DNA of 64,000 nucleotides from Syntrophales bacterium (GCA_040767195.1 JAXGPA010000001.1:800001-864000); one strand, 5' to 3'. Numbered from the stretch's first letter, positions 1 to 11,576 are shown. Program-made: numbers and translations. Notes: generated by a model not told the origin, from the letters alone.

Positions 1-468
1 CAGACCTTTGCTGACCTTTTCAAGGTAGCGAAGAACGCGGTCGGCGCTTTTCATCCCCACGGCGGCCTTTTTCTCCCTGTCAAAACGGACGACCTGCTGG
101 TGATGGGCCACAACCCGCGTTTTAAGAGTCGTCGGGCGGCCCGGCTCAACGATCAGGCCCTCCGTGTCCACGCCCATCCTCTGCAGTTCTTCCAGGAGCC
201 AGCTGCCCATGGCATCAGACCCGACAACACCTGAAACCAAAACATTTCCACCCATGGAATGAATATTGTTCAGCACGTTGGCGCACCCGCCAAGGAGAAG
301 GGACTCGGACAGGACATCCACGACCGGAACAGGTGCTTCGGGCGAGATACGGCTGACCCGGCCCCAGACAAACTGGTCCACCATGAGGTCCCCAAGCACC
401 AGGACCCTCGCCTTGTCAAACCGGTCCATGATTTCGCCGGCTCTCTTCCGGCTCAGGATTTTCACCAT
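1..468 (-). CDS. rfaE1: D-glycero-beta-D-manno-heptose-7-phosphate kinase (HldA/RfaE1, PfkB family); 3' end outside window
   Basis: Manual minus-strand translation from ATG 468 (GGAGGAG SD upstream): MVKILSRKRAGEIMDRFDKARVLVLGDLMVDQFVWGRVSRISPEAPVPVV...LGGCANV...RPTTLKTRVVAHHQQVVRFDRE. Not in the ORF track because it is truncated. Confidence 0.93.
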   Translation of the reverse strand, partial: MVKILSRKRAGEIMDRFDKARVLVLGDLMVDQFVWGRVSRISPEAPVPVVDVLSESLLLGGCANVLNNIHSMGGNVLVSGVVGSDAMGSWLLEELQRMGVDTEGLIVEPGRPTTLKTRVVAHHQQVVRFDREKKAAVGMKSADRVLRYLEKVSKGL

Positions 469-809
469 GGGGGCGCTCTCCTCCGTTACGGGCCGCCTCT
501 TTTTGAGTTTCATGATGTTTAAACCATAACGATCAAAAAAACAACTATTTATCTTCAAAAAACGATGCCGGAGCCCAAAAACCTTCAACTCCAACAGGGG
601 AACGGCCCAAAAGAGTGGCCCCGTGGTGACGGGATACAGCCCCCATGCCCTGCCGCCTTCCAGGGAGGCCCCGCCTCAATTCAGGCTTGACTAAAAAACA
701 AAAAGGATATAGTGATCATGAACTTATACTTGGCATAAAATTTACAGAGGAGAAAAAAGGCGAACCGGCCCTCAAAAGGCCCGGATATCCCCACGAAGGG
801 TCTCGAATA

Positions 810-2297
810 ATGGAAGATGAATTGATCAGGATCCGGAGAGAGAAGCTGGAATCTCTGGGAAAGGACGACGCCGGTCTTTACCCGAACGACGTGAAGGTGA
901 CGGCGACGACGGACGAACTCCATGACCGTTTCGACGACAGGCCCCCGGAGGAACTCGCCTCCCTCGATGAAACATTCGATCTCGCCGGACGGATCATGGC
1001 CCTGAGAAACTTCGGAAAAGCCTCTTTTCTGAACCTTCAGGACCGGAAGGGCCGCATTCAGGTCTACGTCAAGAAGGACGGCATCGGAGAGCCCGCCTTC
1101 GAGTCCTTCAGGAAAATGGACATCGGGGACATCATCTTCGCCTCAGGGCCGGTCTTCAAAACCCGCACGGGGGAACTGACCGTCGAAGCCCGCCAGATCC
1201 GTCTCCTTGCCAAGGCGCTCCGTCCGCTCCCGGAAAAATGGCACGGCCTCACCGATGTGGAGATCCGGTACCGGCAGCGTCATCTCGATCTAATCGTCAA
1301 CCCCCAGGTCCGGGACGTCTTCCGGAAACGGAGCCGGATCGTCCAGCTGATCCGGGATTTCATGCACAGCCGGGATTTCCTGGAAGTCGAGACGCCCATG
1401 ATGCACCCCGTGGCGGGCGGGGCCATGGCGAAACCCTTTAAAACCTATCACAACACCCTGGCCATGGACCTTTATCTCCGGATCGCGCCGGAACTCTACC
1501 TCAAGCGACTCGTCGTCGGCGGACTGGAACGGGTTTATGAAATCAACCGGAACTTCCGGAACGAAGGCGTATCGACGCTCCACAACCCCGAATTCACCAT
1601 GATCGAGTTCTACATGGCCTATGCCGATTACGAAGATCTCATGGTCCTGACGGAAGAGCTCCTGAACCACATCGCCTTCGAACTTTTCCGGTCCCCCCGG
1701 TTTGTCTACCAGGGGACGGAAATCGACCTGACACCCCCCTGGAAAAGGATCAGCGTCAGGGACGCCGTCGTCGAATACGGCAACGTGGATCCCGATCTCC
1801 TGAAAGACGGCCCGTCCCTTTTCCGGTTCGCCCTGGAGCAGGGTTATAACGTCAAGGAAAGCGACCCTCCCGGAAAAGTCCTCATGACCGTTTTCGAGGA
1901 ACGGGTCGAATCCAAGCTCATCCAGCCGACCTTTGTCACGGGATACCCCATCGAGGTCTCCCCCCTGTCGCGAAGAAACGCCGGGGACCACGATATCGCC
2001 GACCGTTTTGAGCTCTACATTTTCGGGAGGGAGATCGCCAACGCCTTCTCCGAGTTGAACGATCCGGCGGATCAGCGTGAACGCTTTCTTCTCCAGCTGC
2101 GCGAACGAGAGGGGGGCGACGAGGAGGCCCACGTCATGGATGAGGACTACGTGACGGCCCTCGAGTACGGAATGCCGCCCACGGCGGGAGAAGGCATCGG
2201 TATCGACCGGCTCGTCATGCTCTTCACCGATTCTCCCTCCATCCGGGACGTCGTTCTTTTCCCCCAGATGCGGGCGAAGGAAGGAACGACCCCATAG
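810..2297 (+). CDS. lysS: Lysine--tRNA ligase (class II)
   Basis: [38 protein letters not shown]...[22 protein letters not shown]; start placed at ATG 810 ([12 protein letters not shown]). Confidence 0.98.
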   Translation: MEDELIRIRREKLESLGKDDAGLYPNDVKVTATTDELHDRFDDRPPEELASLDETFDLAGRIMALRNFGKASFLNLQDRKGRIQVYVKKDGIGEPAFESFRKMDIGDIIFASGPVFKTRTGELTVEARQIRLLAKALRPLPEKWHGLTDVEIRYRQRHLDLIVNPQVRDVFRKRSRIVQLIRDFMHSRDFLEVETPMMHPVAGGAMAKPFKTYHNTLAMDLYLRIAPELYLKRLVVGGLERVYEINRNFRNEGVSTLHNPEFTMIEFYMAYADYEDLMVLTEELLNHIAFELFRSPRFVYQGTEIDLTPPWKRISVRDAVVEYGNVDPDLLKDGPSLFRFALEQGYNVKESDPPGKVLMTVFEERVESKLIQPTFVTGYPIEVSPLSRRNAGDHDIADRFELYIFGREIANAFSELNDPADQRERFLLQLREREGGDEEAHVMDEDYVTALEYGMPPTAGEGIGIDRLVMLFTDSPSIRDVVLFPQMRAKEGTTP

Positions 2298-2374
2298 ACC
2301 GCCCTTCGGGGCCCGGCGGGAAAACCGCCGGAACGGATAGGCAATGAACCCATCAGGGAGCGTCCCGGCCGTAC

Positions 2375-3646
2375 ATGTCCATCTATGAATTTTTCATAGC
2401 CCGCCGTTATCTGCAGGCACGACGGAAACAGATGTTCGTTTCTCTTGTTTCCTTCATGTCCGTCATGGGTATTTTTTTGGGCGTCGCCGCTCTCATCATC
2501 GTCCTGGCGGTCATGAACGGCTTCGAAACGGACCTGCGCAACAAGATCCTGGGAATAAATTCGCACATCATTCTCATGAAATACACCGGCGCCCTGGAAG
2601 GGTACCCCTCGGTCAGGGAAAAGGTGGAAAAACTTCCTGGCGTCGTCGCCTCCACTCCTTTCATCTACGGCCAGGCTATGATCAAGAAGGACGACCGGGT
2701 CACGGGGATCGTCCTTCGGGGCATCGACCCCGAGAGCGTGGGGAATGTCATCGATTTCGGAAAAATCTCCGTGGGAAACGTGGGTGATCTCGAAGGATGG
2801 ATGGCGGATGAAAAGGAAGGAGGGGCGGAACAGCCGGGCATTCTCATCGGCAAGGAACTCTCCGGACAGATCGGCGCCTTTCTCGGTGACACCGTGGAGG
2901 TTCTCTCTCCCATGGGGGTCCCGACGCCCATCGGGCTTGTCCCTAAAATCAGTAAATTCCAGGTCGCGGGCATCTTCGACTCGGGCTTTTACGAATACGA
3001 CGCCTCCCTGGCTTTCATTTCCCTCGCCGAATCCCAGAATTTCCTCAACATGGGAGACGCCGTAACAGGTCTGGAAATCAAGGTCAGGAATCTGTACGAG
3101 GCCGAAAAGATCGCCCGGGCCGTAGAAGCAGAACTCGGTTACCCTTTCTGGGCCAGGAACTGGATGCAGATGAACAAGAATCTCTTTGCCGCCCTGCGCC
3201 TGGAAAAGCGGGTCATGTTCATCATCCTGAGCCTCATCGTCCTCGTGGCCGCCTTCAACATCATCACGTCCCTCACCATGGTGGTCATGGAAAAGACGAA
3301 AGACATCGCCATCCTGAAATCCCTTGGGGCCACCGCATCGAACATAATGAAGATATTTATGATCCAGGGAATCATCATCGGCGCCGCGGGAACCCTCCTG
3401 GGCTGCGCGGCGGGGATTCTCGTGGCCCTGCGCCTGGAGAAAATTTCCCTCTTCGTCGAAGATCTCTTCGGATTCAAGATCCTGCCGGGAGATGTGTACT
3501 ACCTGAGCCAGCTGCCGTCGCGGATCGACTACGGGGATGTGTTCCTCATCGTTGTCGTCGCCATGATCCTCAGTTTTCTCGCCACGCTCTATCCGGCGTG
3601 GCGGGCCTCCCGGCTGGATCCGGTGGAAGCCCTGCGCTATGAATGA
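2375..3646 (+). CDS. lolE: Lipoprotein-releasing ABC transporter permease LolC/E
   Basis: IARRYL...[58 protein letters not shown]. Confidence 0.93.
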   Translation: MSIYEFFIARRYLQARRKQMFVSLVSFMSVMGIFLGVAALIIVLAVMNGFETDLRNKILGINSHIILMKYTGALEGYPSVREKVEKLPGVVASTPFIYGQAMIKKDDRVTGIVLRGIDPESVGNVIDFGKISVGNVGDLEGWMADEKEGGAEQPGILIGKELSGQIGAFLGDTVEVLSPMGVPTPIGLVPKISKFQVAGIFDSGFYEYDASLAFISLAESQNFLNMGDAVTGLEIKVRNLYEAEKIARAVEAELGYPFWARNWMQMNKNLFAALRLEKRVMFIILSLIVLVAAFNIITSLTMVVMEKTKDIAILKSLGATASNIMKIFMIQGIIIGAAGTLLGCAAGILVALRLEKISLFVEDLFGFKILPGDVYYLSQLPSRIDYGDVFLIVVVAMILSFLATLYPAWRASRLDPVEALRYE

Positions 3647-4358
3647 CGAGGACGCCATGACTGTCGAGACGACCCCCCTTCTGGCCGCGGAAAACCTCTT
3701 CCGCACATTCATCAAGAACGGCACCACCGTTGAAGTTCTCAAAGGAGTAAACCTGGCCGTACGGCGGGGGGACTCCCTGGCCGTTGTGGGCGTTTCAGGC
3801 GCCGGGAAAAGCACGCTCCTGACAATCCTGGGGGCTCTCGACCACCCAACGGCGGGAAGGGTTCTGTACAACGGGATCGATATCTTCGAGTGGAACGACG
3901 GGCGGCGGTCGCGGTTCCGGAACGAAAAAGTCGGCTTCGTGTTCCAGTCTCACCATCTTCTGCCCGAATTCACGAGCCTGGAAAACACCATGATGCCCGC
4001 CCTGATTCACGGGCACCCGCAGAGAAAAGCCCGGGAAAAGGCGACCCTTCTCTTGACGGACTTGGGCCTCGGTGATAGATTGACCCACAAACCCGGAGAG
4101 CTGTCAGGCGGGGAACAGCAGCGGGTCGCCATCGCCCGCGCTCTCGTCATGGAACCGGAAATTCTACTCGCCGATGAACCGACGGGAAATCTCGACACGA
4201 AAACAGGTGAGAACATTCAGGAGATTCTCCTGGAGCTGAATCGAAACCGGAAAATCACGCTCGTCATCGTGACCCACAATGAGCGGCTGGCAAAGCGGAT
4301 GACCCGCTTTGTCGGCATCAAGGACGGTCTCCTCTATGAAATCAGGTCACCCGAATAA
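3639..4358 (+). CDS. lolD: Lipoprotein-releasing ABC transporter ATP-binding protein
   Basis: Walker [46 protein letters not shown]; follows lolC/E. Confidence 0.93.
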   Translation: MNDEDAMTVETTPLLAAENLFRTFIKNGTTVEVLKGVNLAVRRGDSLAVVGVSGAGKSTLLTILGALDHPTAGRVLYNGIDIFEWNDGRRSRFRNEKVGFVFQSHHLLPEFTSLENTMMPALIHGHPQRKAREKATLLLTDLGLGDRLTHKPGELSGGEQQRVAIARALVMEPEILLADEPTGNLDTKTGENIQEILLELNRNRKITLVIVTHNERLAKRMTRFVGIKDGLLYEIRSPE

Positions 4359-6993
4359 TAGGCCCTTTTTCCCTCTCCTCATGCTCCTGACCGCTCTTTT
4401 GCTCGTATTCCCGGAAACACGGGCCCTTGGGGCCGACGGGCAACAAACGGTTCTTCTCGCCCCTTTCGCCGTTTACGCGTCCGAGGACAGCGGCGAAATC
4501 GGGAAAACGGCCATGGACACCCTGCATGCATACCTCATGGAAGCAGAGGATCTCCAAGTCATCGACGGGAGGGCTTTTCTCCCTTCCGGGCCGGGGAAAC
4601 CCGTCGATGAAACGGACATCCTGGCGCTGGGAAAGGCCCGGGGGGCGGATTTCACCATCACCGGAAGCCTCTCCTTCTTCGGCCGCCAGATCAGCGCCGA
4701 CGCCACGATACGGGATCTGGACTCGGGCGGCCGGACCGATCATTTCGTCCAGGGCCGGAACCGGGAGAATCTGCCGGCGGTCGTCCGAAGCCTCGGTGAG
4801 AAAATCGTCCTTTCCCTGCTCCCACAAAGAAAAATTTCGGAAATCCGCATCCGGGGAAACCGGAAAATCGAAAGCATCGCCATCCAGAACGCCCTGAAGA
4901 GCAAAAAAGGCATGCTTTTCGACAGGAAACGGGTGTCCGAGGACATCAAGAGCATTTACGCCATGGGCTATTTCAGCAACGTCGAGGCGGCAAAGGAAAC
5001 GGGCCCGGAAGGCATGACCCTGATTTATGCCGTCGAGGAAAAACCTCTCATCTCGGAAATCAATCTTCAGGGATTTGACGATATAAGCCGCGGAGAAATC
5101 GAAGCGGTCATGACCATAAAAACCCGCCAGATCCTCGACCTGGACCGTCTCAAGGCGGACATCGAGAAAATAAAGGCCCTGTACCATGACAAGGGTTACA
5201 GGAACGCTCTCGTCTCTTATGAAATTCAAGAAACAGGCAAGGATATCCGTGTCATTGTCAAGATAACGGAAAACGAAAAGCTCCACATCGAGTCCATCAC
5301 TTTCCGGGGAAACCGCGTCTTTACGGACAAGGAACTGAAAGACCTGATGAGCACCTCCGAAAAAGGCTTCTTTTCCTTCATCACCGACTCGGGGCTCCTG
5401 AAAACGGACCAGCTCAAGGAAGACGTCCAGAAGATCAGCGGCTATTACCACAATCACGGGTACATCGAGGCCACTGTAGGGGATCCGGAAATCACAAACG
5501 ACCTCGAGGGGATCTACATCGCCATTCCCATCACGGAAGGGAGACAGTTCAAGGTAGGGACCGTGGCCATCGAGGGAGACACCCTCTCCCGGCCCCGCCA
5601 GGACCTTCTCGACAACCTCAATATCAGTAAGAAGGATTACTTTGACCGGCAGGCGGTCCTGAAGGACGTGGACACCCTGGAGGAGATCTGCAACAACGAG
5701 GGTTACGCCTACGCGGTGGTTTCACCGGAAATCGTCACCCGGGAAAAGGAAGAGAGGGTGGATGTCATTTTACGCATCAGTAAAGGCATCCCCGTTTACT
5801 TCAACAGGATCACCATCGCGGGAAACTCCAAAACACGGGACAAGGTCATCCGTCGGGAGCTTGGTTTCGTCGAGGGAGAGGGCTACAGCCGGGATAAGCT
5901 GCAGAAAAGCTACATGAAACTCAACCAGCTCCGGTATTTCGAGGAGGTCAACTTTCAGACGGAGAAGGGCCCAGACGAAAGCCTCATGGACGTTAACATA
6001 CAGGTCAAGGAAATGGCGACGGGGCTCTTCAGCATCGGGGCGGGATACAGTGCCACCGAAAACGCCATCTTCATGGCCCAGGTGGCCCAGAGAAATCTCT
6101 TCGGCCGGGGACAGACCCTCAGCCTGAACGCCTATTTCGGTTCCCAGACGACCAATTACGAGCTCTCCTTCGAGGAGCCCTGGCTTTTCGACATGCCCCT
6201 CTGGAGCCGCCTGGAAGCCTGGAACATGGAAGTGGATTACGATACATACGATCTCGATACAAACGGTCTCGGCTTTACCCTTGGCTATCCCCTTTTCGAG
6301 TATTTCAAGGGATACGTGGAATACAAGCTTTCCCGCAACGATGTCTACAACATCGAAAACAATGCCTCCAGTTACATCAAGGATCAGGAAGGGGAACTGA
6401 CCTCCAGCGGGGTGACCCTGACCCTGATGAGAGACACGACGGACGACTGGATGTTTCCCAGCCGGGGGTCCAAGAACAGTGTTTCCGTCGAGCAGACGGG
6501 AACCATCTTCGGAGGCGACGCCGCCTACACGAAATACATCCTTTTTTCCTCGTGGTTCTTTCCCCTGCCCCTGGACAACGTGTTCAACATCCGCGGCAGG
6601 CTCGGATACATCTCCCCCATGGACGACAAGGAAGTTCCCGTTTACGAGCGGTTTTACCTGGGAGGCATATCCACCTTGAGAGGCCTTAGGGACGTGGGCC
6701 CCGTCGATCCCGTAACGGGGGATGTCATCGGCGGTCTCACCATGCTCAATTTCAACGCGGAAATCGTTTTCCCCCTGGTCAAGTCGGCGGGCATGAAAGG
6801 CGTCGTCTTTTTCGACACGGGAAACGCGTGGGAAAGCGGCTATGAACTGGGAGACATGCGGAAAACGGCGGGAGTCGGCATTCGCTGGTACTCTCCCGTC
6901 GGGCCGCTCAGGCTCGAGTGGGGATACGTCCTCGATCAAAAAGACGATGAACCGGCGAGCCGCTGGGAATTCACCATCGGAATGTTCATGTAA
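4336..6993 (+). CDS. bamA: Outer membrane protein assembly factor BamA with an extra N-terminal domain
   Basis: POTRA repeats (ITIAGNSKTRDKVIRREL), FYLGGISTLRG, GIRWYSPVGPLRLEWG, C-terminal WEFTIGMFM; start probably ATG 4336. Confidence 0.96.
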   Translation: MKSGHPNNRPFFPLLMLLTALLLVFPETRALGADGQQTVLLAPFAVYASEDSGEIGKTAMDTLHAYLMEAEDLQVIDGRAFLPSGPGKPVDETDILALGKARGADFTITGSLSFFGRQISADATIRDLDSGGRTDHFVQGRNRENLPAVVRSLGEKIVLSLLPQRKISEIRIRGNRKIESIAIQNALKSKKGMLFDRKRVSEDIKSIYAMGYFSNVEAAKETGPEGMTLIYAVEEKPLISEINLQGFDDISRGEIEAVMTIKTRQILDLDRLKADIEKIKALYHDKGYRNALVSYEIQETGKDIRVIVKITENEKLHIESITFRGNRVFTDKELKDLMSTSEKGFFSFITDSGLLKTDQLKEDVQKISGYYHNHGYIEATVGDPEITNDLEGIYIAIPITEGRQFKVGTVAIEGDTLSRPRQDLLDNLNISKKDYFDRQAVLKDVDTLEEICNNEGYAYAVVSPEIVTREKEERVDVILRISKGIPVYFNRITIAGNSKTRDKVIRRELGFVEGEGYSRDKLQKSYMKLNQLRYFEEVNFQTEKGPDESLMDVNIQVKEMATGLFSIGAGYSATENAIFMAQVAQRNLFGRGQTLSLNAYFGSQTTNYELSFEEPWLFDMPLWSRLEAWNMEVDYDTYDLDTNGLGFTLGYPLFEYFKGYVEYKLSRNDVYNIENNASSYIKDQEGELTSSGVTLTLMRDTTDDWMFPSRGSKNSVSVEQTGTIFGGDAAYTKYILFSSWFFPLPLDNVFNIRGRLGYISPMDDKEVPVYERFYLGGISTLRGLRDVGPVDPVTGDVIGGLTMLNFNAEIVFPLVKSAGMKGVVFFDTGNAWESGYELGDMRKTAGVGIRWYSPVGPLRLEWGYVLDQKDDEPASRWEFTIGMFM

Positions 6994-7035
6994 CCTTCCC
7001 CCGGGAAGACACAATTATTTTTTAAGGAGACTAAA

Positions 7036-7554
7036 ATGAAAAAGGTGCTTCTTCTGACGGTTCTGGTATTTTTTCTGACGGCGGGCAATCTCCTGGCGGC
7101 GGACAAGATCGCCATCATCAACATGAAGGTAATCCTTCAGAAATCCCTGGCGGGACAGGAGGCTACCAAGGAGTTTCAAAAAATATTCGACAAGACACGG
7201 GCCAAGATCGAGGCGGAAGAAAAGAAACTGCAGCAACTGAAGGAGACCCTGGAAAAGCAGCGGCTCATCCTCACCGAGGAGGCCCTGAAGGAAAAGGAAA
7301 TCGAATACGAGAAGCAATACCGGGATTACAAGCGGCTCGTCGAGGACTCCAACAACGACATGCAGCGCACCAACACGGAAATGAGCCAGAAAATGATTCC
7401 CGAGGTCCTTAAAATCGTCGCCGAAATGGGAAAGAGCGGCGGATACCTGGCCATATGGGACGCCGACAGCCCCGGTCTCGCTTACCACGCGCCGCAGATC
7501 GACCTTTCCGACAAGGTCATCGCCGAGTATGACAAGGTCTACAAAAAGAAATAA
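7036..7554 (+). CDS. skp: Periplasmic chaperone Skp/OmpH
   Basis: Signal peptide, KIAIINMKVILQKS, long coiled coil, DLSDKVIAEYD; AAGGAG SD; follows bamA. Confidence 0.92.
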   Translation: MKKVLLLTVLVFFLTAGNLLAADKIAIINMKVILQKSLAGQEATKEFQKIFDKTRAKIEAEEKKLQQLKETLEKQRLILTEEALKEKEIEYEKQYRDYKRLVEDSNNDMQRTNTEMSQKMIPEVLKIVAEMGKSGGYLAIWDADSPGLAYHAPQIDLSDKVIAEYDKVYKKK

Positions 7555-7562
7555 CGGCCCCC

Positions 7563-8618
7563 ATGGAAAAGCCGGGAGCCCGGAAGATGCCGAAAACACT
7601 CAATGAGATCGCGTCGTACGTGGGAGGAACCGTTTCCGGAAACGGTGAGGTGGCCATTCGCCATATCCGGGGACTCCAGGAAGCGGGCCCGGGGGATCTG
7701 ACCTTTTTCACAAACCCCCGTTACCGACCCCAGCTTCAAAAAACAAAGGCTTCGGCCATTCTCGTTCCGTCGGGTACGGAGATTCCCGGGAAGACCCTCC
7801 TTCTCGCCGCCGACCCTTATGCCGCCTTTGCCAGGCTTCTTCGCCTCTTTTACCCGGAAAAAAAAGAAAAACCCCACGTCAGCGAGGACGCGTGGATCAG
7901 CCCGGGAAGTTTTGTCGACGGCGATGCCACCATCTATCCCGGTGTCTACATCGGCGAAAAGGCCCGGATCGGAAAGAGAGCCGTCCTCCATCCCGGCGTC
8001 GTCATCGGCGACGAGGCGGAGATCGGCGACGAATCCGTTCTCTATCCCAATGTCACCGTCTACAGGCGCTGCCGAATCGGCAAACGGGTCATCCTGCATG
8101 CAGGGGTGGTCGTCGGCAGTGACGGATTCGGGTTCGCCAACCCGGGGCGGGAAAACATCAAGGTTCCCCAGGCAGGCATCGTCCAGATCGACGACGACGT
8201 GGAAATAGGCGCCAATACGACCATCGACCGGGGAACGCTTGACAAGACCTGGATCAAGAGGGGCGTCAAGATAGACAACCTCGTCCAGATCGCACACAAT
8301 GTCGTCATCGACGAAAACTCCGTTATCGTCGCCCAGGTGGGCATATCGGGAAGCTCGAAACTGGGGAAGGGAGTGATCATCGGGGGACAGGTGGGCATCG
8401 TCGGCCATATCGAAATCGGCGATCACGTGATGGTGGCCGCCAAATCGGGGATCCACAAAAACGTGCCGGCCCTGCAGACCGTGTCGGGATACGTCCAGAT
8501 GCCCCACCAGGACTGGCTTCGAACCCTGGCCTGCTTCCCCAGGCTGCCCGACATGAGAAAAACACTGACGAGCCTCCAGAAACGGATCGAGGAACTGGAA
8601 GAAAAAACCAAATCCTGA
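7563..8618 (+). CDS. lpxD: UDP-3-O-acyl-glucosamine N-acyltransferase
   Basis: Hexapeptide repeats, GSDGFGF, VEIGANTTIDRG, KIDNLVQIAHNV; start may be ATG 7587. Confidence 0.97.
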   Translation: MEKPGARKMPKTLNEIASYVGGTVSGNGEVAIRHIRGLQEAGPGDLTFFTNPRYRPQLQKTKASAILVPSGTEIPGKTLLLAADPYAAFARLLRLFYPEKKEKPHVSEDAWISPGSFVDGDATIYPGVYIGEKARIGKRAVLHPGVVIGDEAEIGDESVLYPNVTVYRRCRIGKRVILHAGVVVGSDGFGFANPGRENIKVPQAGIVQIDDDVEIGANTTIDRGTLDKTWIKRGVKIDNLVQIAHNVVIDENSVIVAQVGISGSSKLGKGVIIGGQVGIVGHIEIGDHVMVAAKSGIHKNVPALQTVSGYVQMPHQDWLRTLACFPRLPDMRKTLTSLQKRIEELEEKTKS

Positions 8619-8721
8619 TATGAAGAGCCCGGCTTCGAGGCTGCGGGAAGAGGAAGGCGATGCCGGCCGCTCTTCTTTCCCCGGCCTCTTGTTGTATACC
8701 CCAGGAAGGACTTGAAAACCC

Positions 8722-9495
8722 ATGAACATTCATTCAACGGCGATCATTTCAGACGGGGCCGTCCTCCACGAAACGGTGGAGGTCGGTCCCTATTCGATCA
8801 TCGGCGACGGCGTGACCATCGGAAAAAACACCCGCATCGGCCCCCATGTCGTCATCGAGGGAACCACGACGATCGGCGAAAACTGCCAAATTTTCCAGTT
8901 CGCCGCCATTGGCGCCCTTCCCCAGGACTTGAAATACCAAGGGGAAGACTGCCCCGTCGTCATCGGGAACAATAACATCATCCGGGAATTCGTGACCATC
9001 CACAAGAGCACCTCCGCGGACATCGCCCGGACGGTCATCGGAAACCAGAATCTCATCATGGCTTACTGCCACGTGGCCCACAACTGCAAACTCGGAAACG
9101 GCATCATTCTCGCCAACGGGGTCAACCTGGCCGGTCACATCCACATCGACGACCACGCCATCGTCGGGGGGATGTCAGGCATCCACCAGTTCACCCGGAT
9201 CGGCTCTCACGCCTTCATCGGCGGAGCATCGGCAGTGGCCCAGGACATACCGCCCTTCGTCAGCGCCGCGGGCAACCGGGCCAAGCTTTATGGACTGAAC
9301 CAGGTGGGACTCCGTCGCAGAGGATTCCCGGTCGAAACCATAGAGGCCCTCAAGAAGGCCTACCGGATCGTTTTCCGATCCTCCCTGCTTCTCTCGGAGG
9401 CCCTGGAGAAGGTAAAAAAAGAGGTGGCGCCCCTGCCGGAAGTAGAAGCCTTCGTTTCCTTTATTGAAAAAGCCCCCCGGGGAATCTGCCGTTAA
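8722..9495 (+). CDS. lpxA: Acyl-ACP--UDP-N-acetylglucosamine acyltransferase
   Basis: [50 protein letters not shown]. Confidence 0.97.
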   Translation: MNIHSTAIISDGAVLHETVEVGPYSIIGDGVTIGKNTRIGPHVVIEGTTTIGENCQIFQFAAIGALPQDLKYQGEDCPVVIGNNNIIREFVTIHKSTSADIARTVIGNQNLIMAYCHVAHNCKLGNGIILANGVNLAGHIHIDDHAIVGGMSGIHQFTRIGSHAFIGGASAVAQDIPPFVSAAGNRAKLYGLNQVGLRRRGFPVETIEALKKAYRIVFRSSLLLSEALEKVKKEVAPLPEVEAFVSFIEKAPRGICR

Positions 9496-9525
9496 CGGCC
9501 GCTCACCGGAAAGGCAGGCTGTTTC

Positions 9526-10488
9526 ATGAAAGAGAAAAAGCCGAAAGTCCGGACAGGAGTTGTCGGAATCGGTCATCTCGGAACCTATCACCTGCAGAAG
9601 TACAGCGGGATCGGTGAGTGCGTCCTGTCGGCCGTGGTGGACATCCTTCCCGAAAAAGCGGAAGCGGCGGGACGGGCGTATGGCTGCCCGTTTTTCACCG
9701 ATACCCGGGAACTCATCGGCCGTGTCGATGCCGTCAGCGTCACCGTTCCGACGGATAATCACCACGATGCCGCCCGGGAACTTCTCGCCGCCGGCATCGA
9801 TGTCCTCATGGAAAAGCCCCTCGCCGCAACCCTCGAGGAAGCAGACGATCTCATCGCCGAGGCGGAAAAATCGGGGGCCCTTCTCCAGGTCGGCCTCATC
9901 GAGCGATTCAACCCGGCCATCACCGCCCTGGACGGTATCATGAAAACACCGCTCTTCATCGAATCCCACCGCCTACACCCCTTCTTTCACAGGGGAACGG
10001 ATGTGGATGTCGTGCTGGATCTCATGATACACGACCTGGACATCGTCCTTCATTACGTCCCCTATCCCATCCGGGACGTGGAGGCCGTCGGGATCCCGGT
10101 CCTTTCCGACAAGATAGACATTGCCAACGCCCGGGTCACCTTCGAAAACGGCTGTGTCGCCAACATCACCGCAAGCCGGGTGACGGGAAAGAAAATGCAG
10201 AAGATCCGGTTTTTCGGTCCCGAGGGGTACCACTCGGTTGACTATGGAAAACGGGAACTGGTTTCCCTGGCCCGGAAAAGAGGCCCCGGGGGAAACGTTG
10301 AAATAACACCCAACGACGTCCGGATCGAGACATACGACCCTCTGGAGCGGGAAATCAGGGCCTTCGTTCACTCGGTGATCACCCGGGAACCGCCCGCCGT
10401 TTCCGGCCGGGAGGGCAGACGCTCCCTGGAACTGGCCTGCCTCATTCTGGAAAAGATGAAAACGGGAGAGGAGTATCTGAAACCATGA
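9526..10488 (+). CDS. gnnA: Gfo/Idh/MocA oxidoreductase, GnnA-like (UDP-GlcNAc 3-dehydrogenase)
   Basis: GIGHLGTYH Rossmann motif, EKP, ERFNPA, DVVLDLMIHDLD, ITASRV; lies between lpxA and lpxB. Confidence 0.75.
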   Translation: MKEKKPKVRTGVVGIGHLGTYHLQKYSGIGECVLSAVVDILPEKAEAAGRAYGCPFFTDTRELIGRVDAVSVTVPTDNHHDAARELLAAGIDVLMEKPLAATLEEADDLIAEAEKSGALLQVGLIERFNPAITALDGIMKTPLFIESHRLHPFFHRGTDVDVVLDLMIHDLDIVLHYVPYPIRDVEAVGIPVLSDKIDIANARVTFENGCVANITASRVTGKKMQKIRFFGPEGYHSVDYGKRELVSLARKRGPGGNVEITPNDVRIETYDPLEREIRAFVHSVITREPPAVSGREGRRSLELACLILEKMKTGEEYLKP

Positions 10489-11576
10489 TCCCCATGGTGA
10501 ACCTGAAAAGACAATACGAATTGCTGAAGGGGGAAATGGACCGGGCCGTTCTGGGCGTCCTGGACAGGGGACAGTTCATCCTCGGAGAAAACGTGTCCCT
10601 CCTGGAACAGGAAATCGCCGACTATCACGGGACATCCCACGGCATCGGCGTGGCCAACGGAACGGACGCTCTTCTTCTCGCCCTTCGGGCCTGCGGTATC
10701 GGCCAAGGCGACGAGATCATCACGACGCCCTTCACCTTCATCGCCACGGCCGAGGTGATCGCCCAGGTCGGCGCCGTTCCCGTCTTTGTCGACATCGAGA
10801 GGGACACCTTCAACCTGGATACCGGAAAAATCGAGGAAAGGATCACCCCGCGAACCCGGGCCATCCTCCCCGTGCACCTTTTCGGCCACCCCGCGGAGAT
10901 GGACCCCATCCTCGACCTGGCCAAGGCCTACAGTCTCCGGGTCATCGAGGACTGCGCCCAGGCCTTCGGCGCCCAGTACAAAGGAAAAAAGGTTGGATCT
11001 TTCGGAGATTTAGGCTGTTTCAGCTTTTTCCCGAGCAAGAATCTTGCCTGCTACGGCGACGGCGGCATGGTCATCACCGGTGACGACGATCTGGCAAAAA
11101 CGGTCCGCATGCTCAGGAATCACGGCACATCGGTGAAATACCATCACAGCCTGCTGGGGTACAACAGCCGTCTTGACGAGATACAGGCCGCCATTCTCCG
11201 GGTGAAGCTCCCGAGAATCGACGCCTGGAACGAAGCCCGTCGAAAAAATGCCCGATCCTACGGAAAAGGGATACACCGCGAGGGAATTAAAACGCCCGAA
11301 GCCAGGTCCCACGTGTCCCCCGTCTATCATCAGTACACCCTGCGCTGTACGGACCGGGAGAATGTCGCCCAGGCCCTTCAGGAGGCGGGCGTCGCCACAG
11401 CCGTTTACTACCCGGTCCCCCTCCACCGACAGGAGGTTTTCGCCTACCTGCCCGACGGTGGTAAACTCGAGGAAAGTGAAACGGCCTCGCGATGCGTTCT
11501 GTCCCTCCCCATGTGTCCTCAGCTGACGGAAGAGGAAATCGGAAAGATCTGCCATGTCATCAACGAGATCCCCTGA
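10485..11576 (+). CDS. gnnB: DegT/DnrJ/EryC1 PLP aminotransferase, GnnB-like
   Basis: ANGTDAL, PFTFIATAE, EDCAQAFGA, FSFFPSKNL..YGDGG, GYNSRLDEIQAAIL; ATGA overlap with gnnA-like gene. Confidence 0.75.
   Translation: MIPMVNLKRQYELLKGEMDRAVLGVLDRGQFILGENVSLLEQEIADYHGTSHGIGVANGTDALLLALRACGIGQGDEIITTPFTFIATAEVIAQVGAVPVFVDIERDTFNLDTGKIEERITPRTRAILPVHLFGHPAEMDPILDLAKAYSLRVIEDCAQAFGAQYKGKKVGSFGDLGCFSFFPSKNLACYGDGGMVITGDDDLAKTVRMLRNHGTSVKYHHSLLGYNSRLDEIQAAILRVKLPRIDAWNEARRKNARSYGKGIHREGIKTPEARSHVSPVYHQYTLRCTDRENVAQALQEAGVATAVYYPVPLHRQEVFAYLPDGGKLEESETASRCVLSLPMCPQLTEEEIGKICHVINEIP

Noticed and set aside
259..529. Two 87-aa plus-strand ORFs
   Set aside because: They are antisense to the truncated rfaE1 gene on the minus strand.
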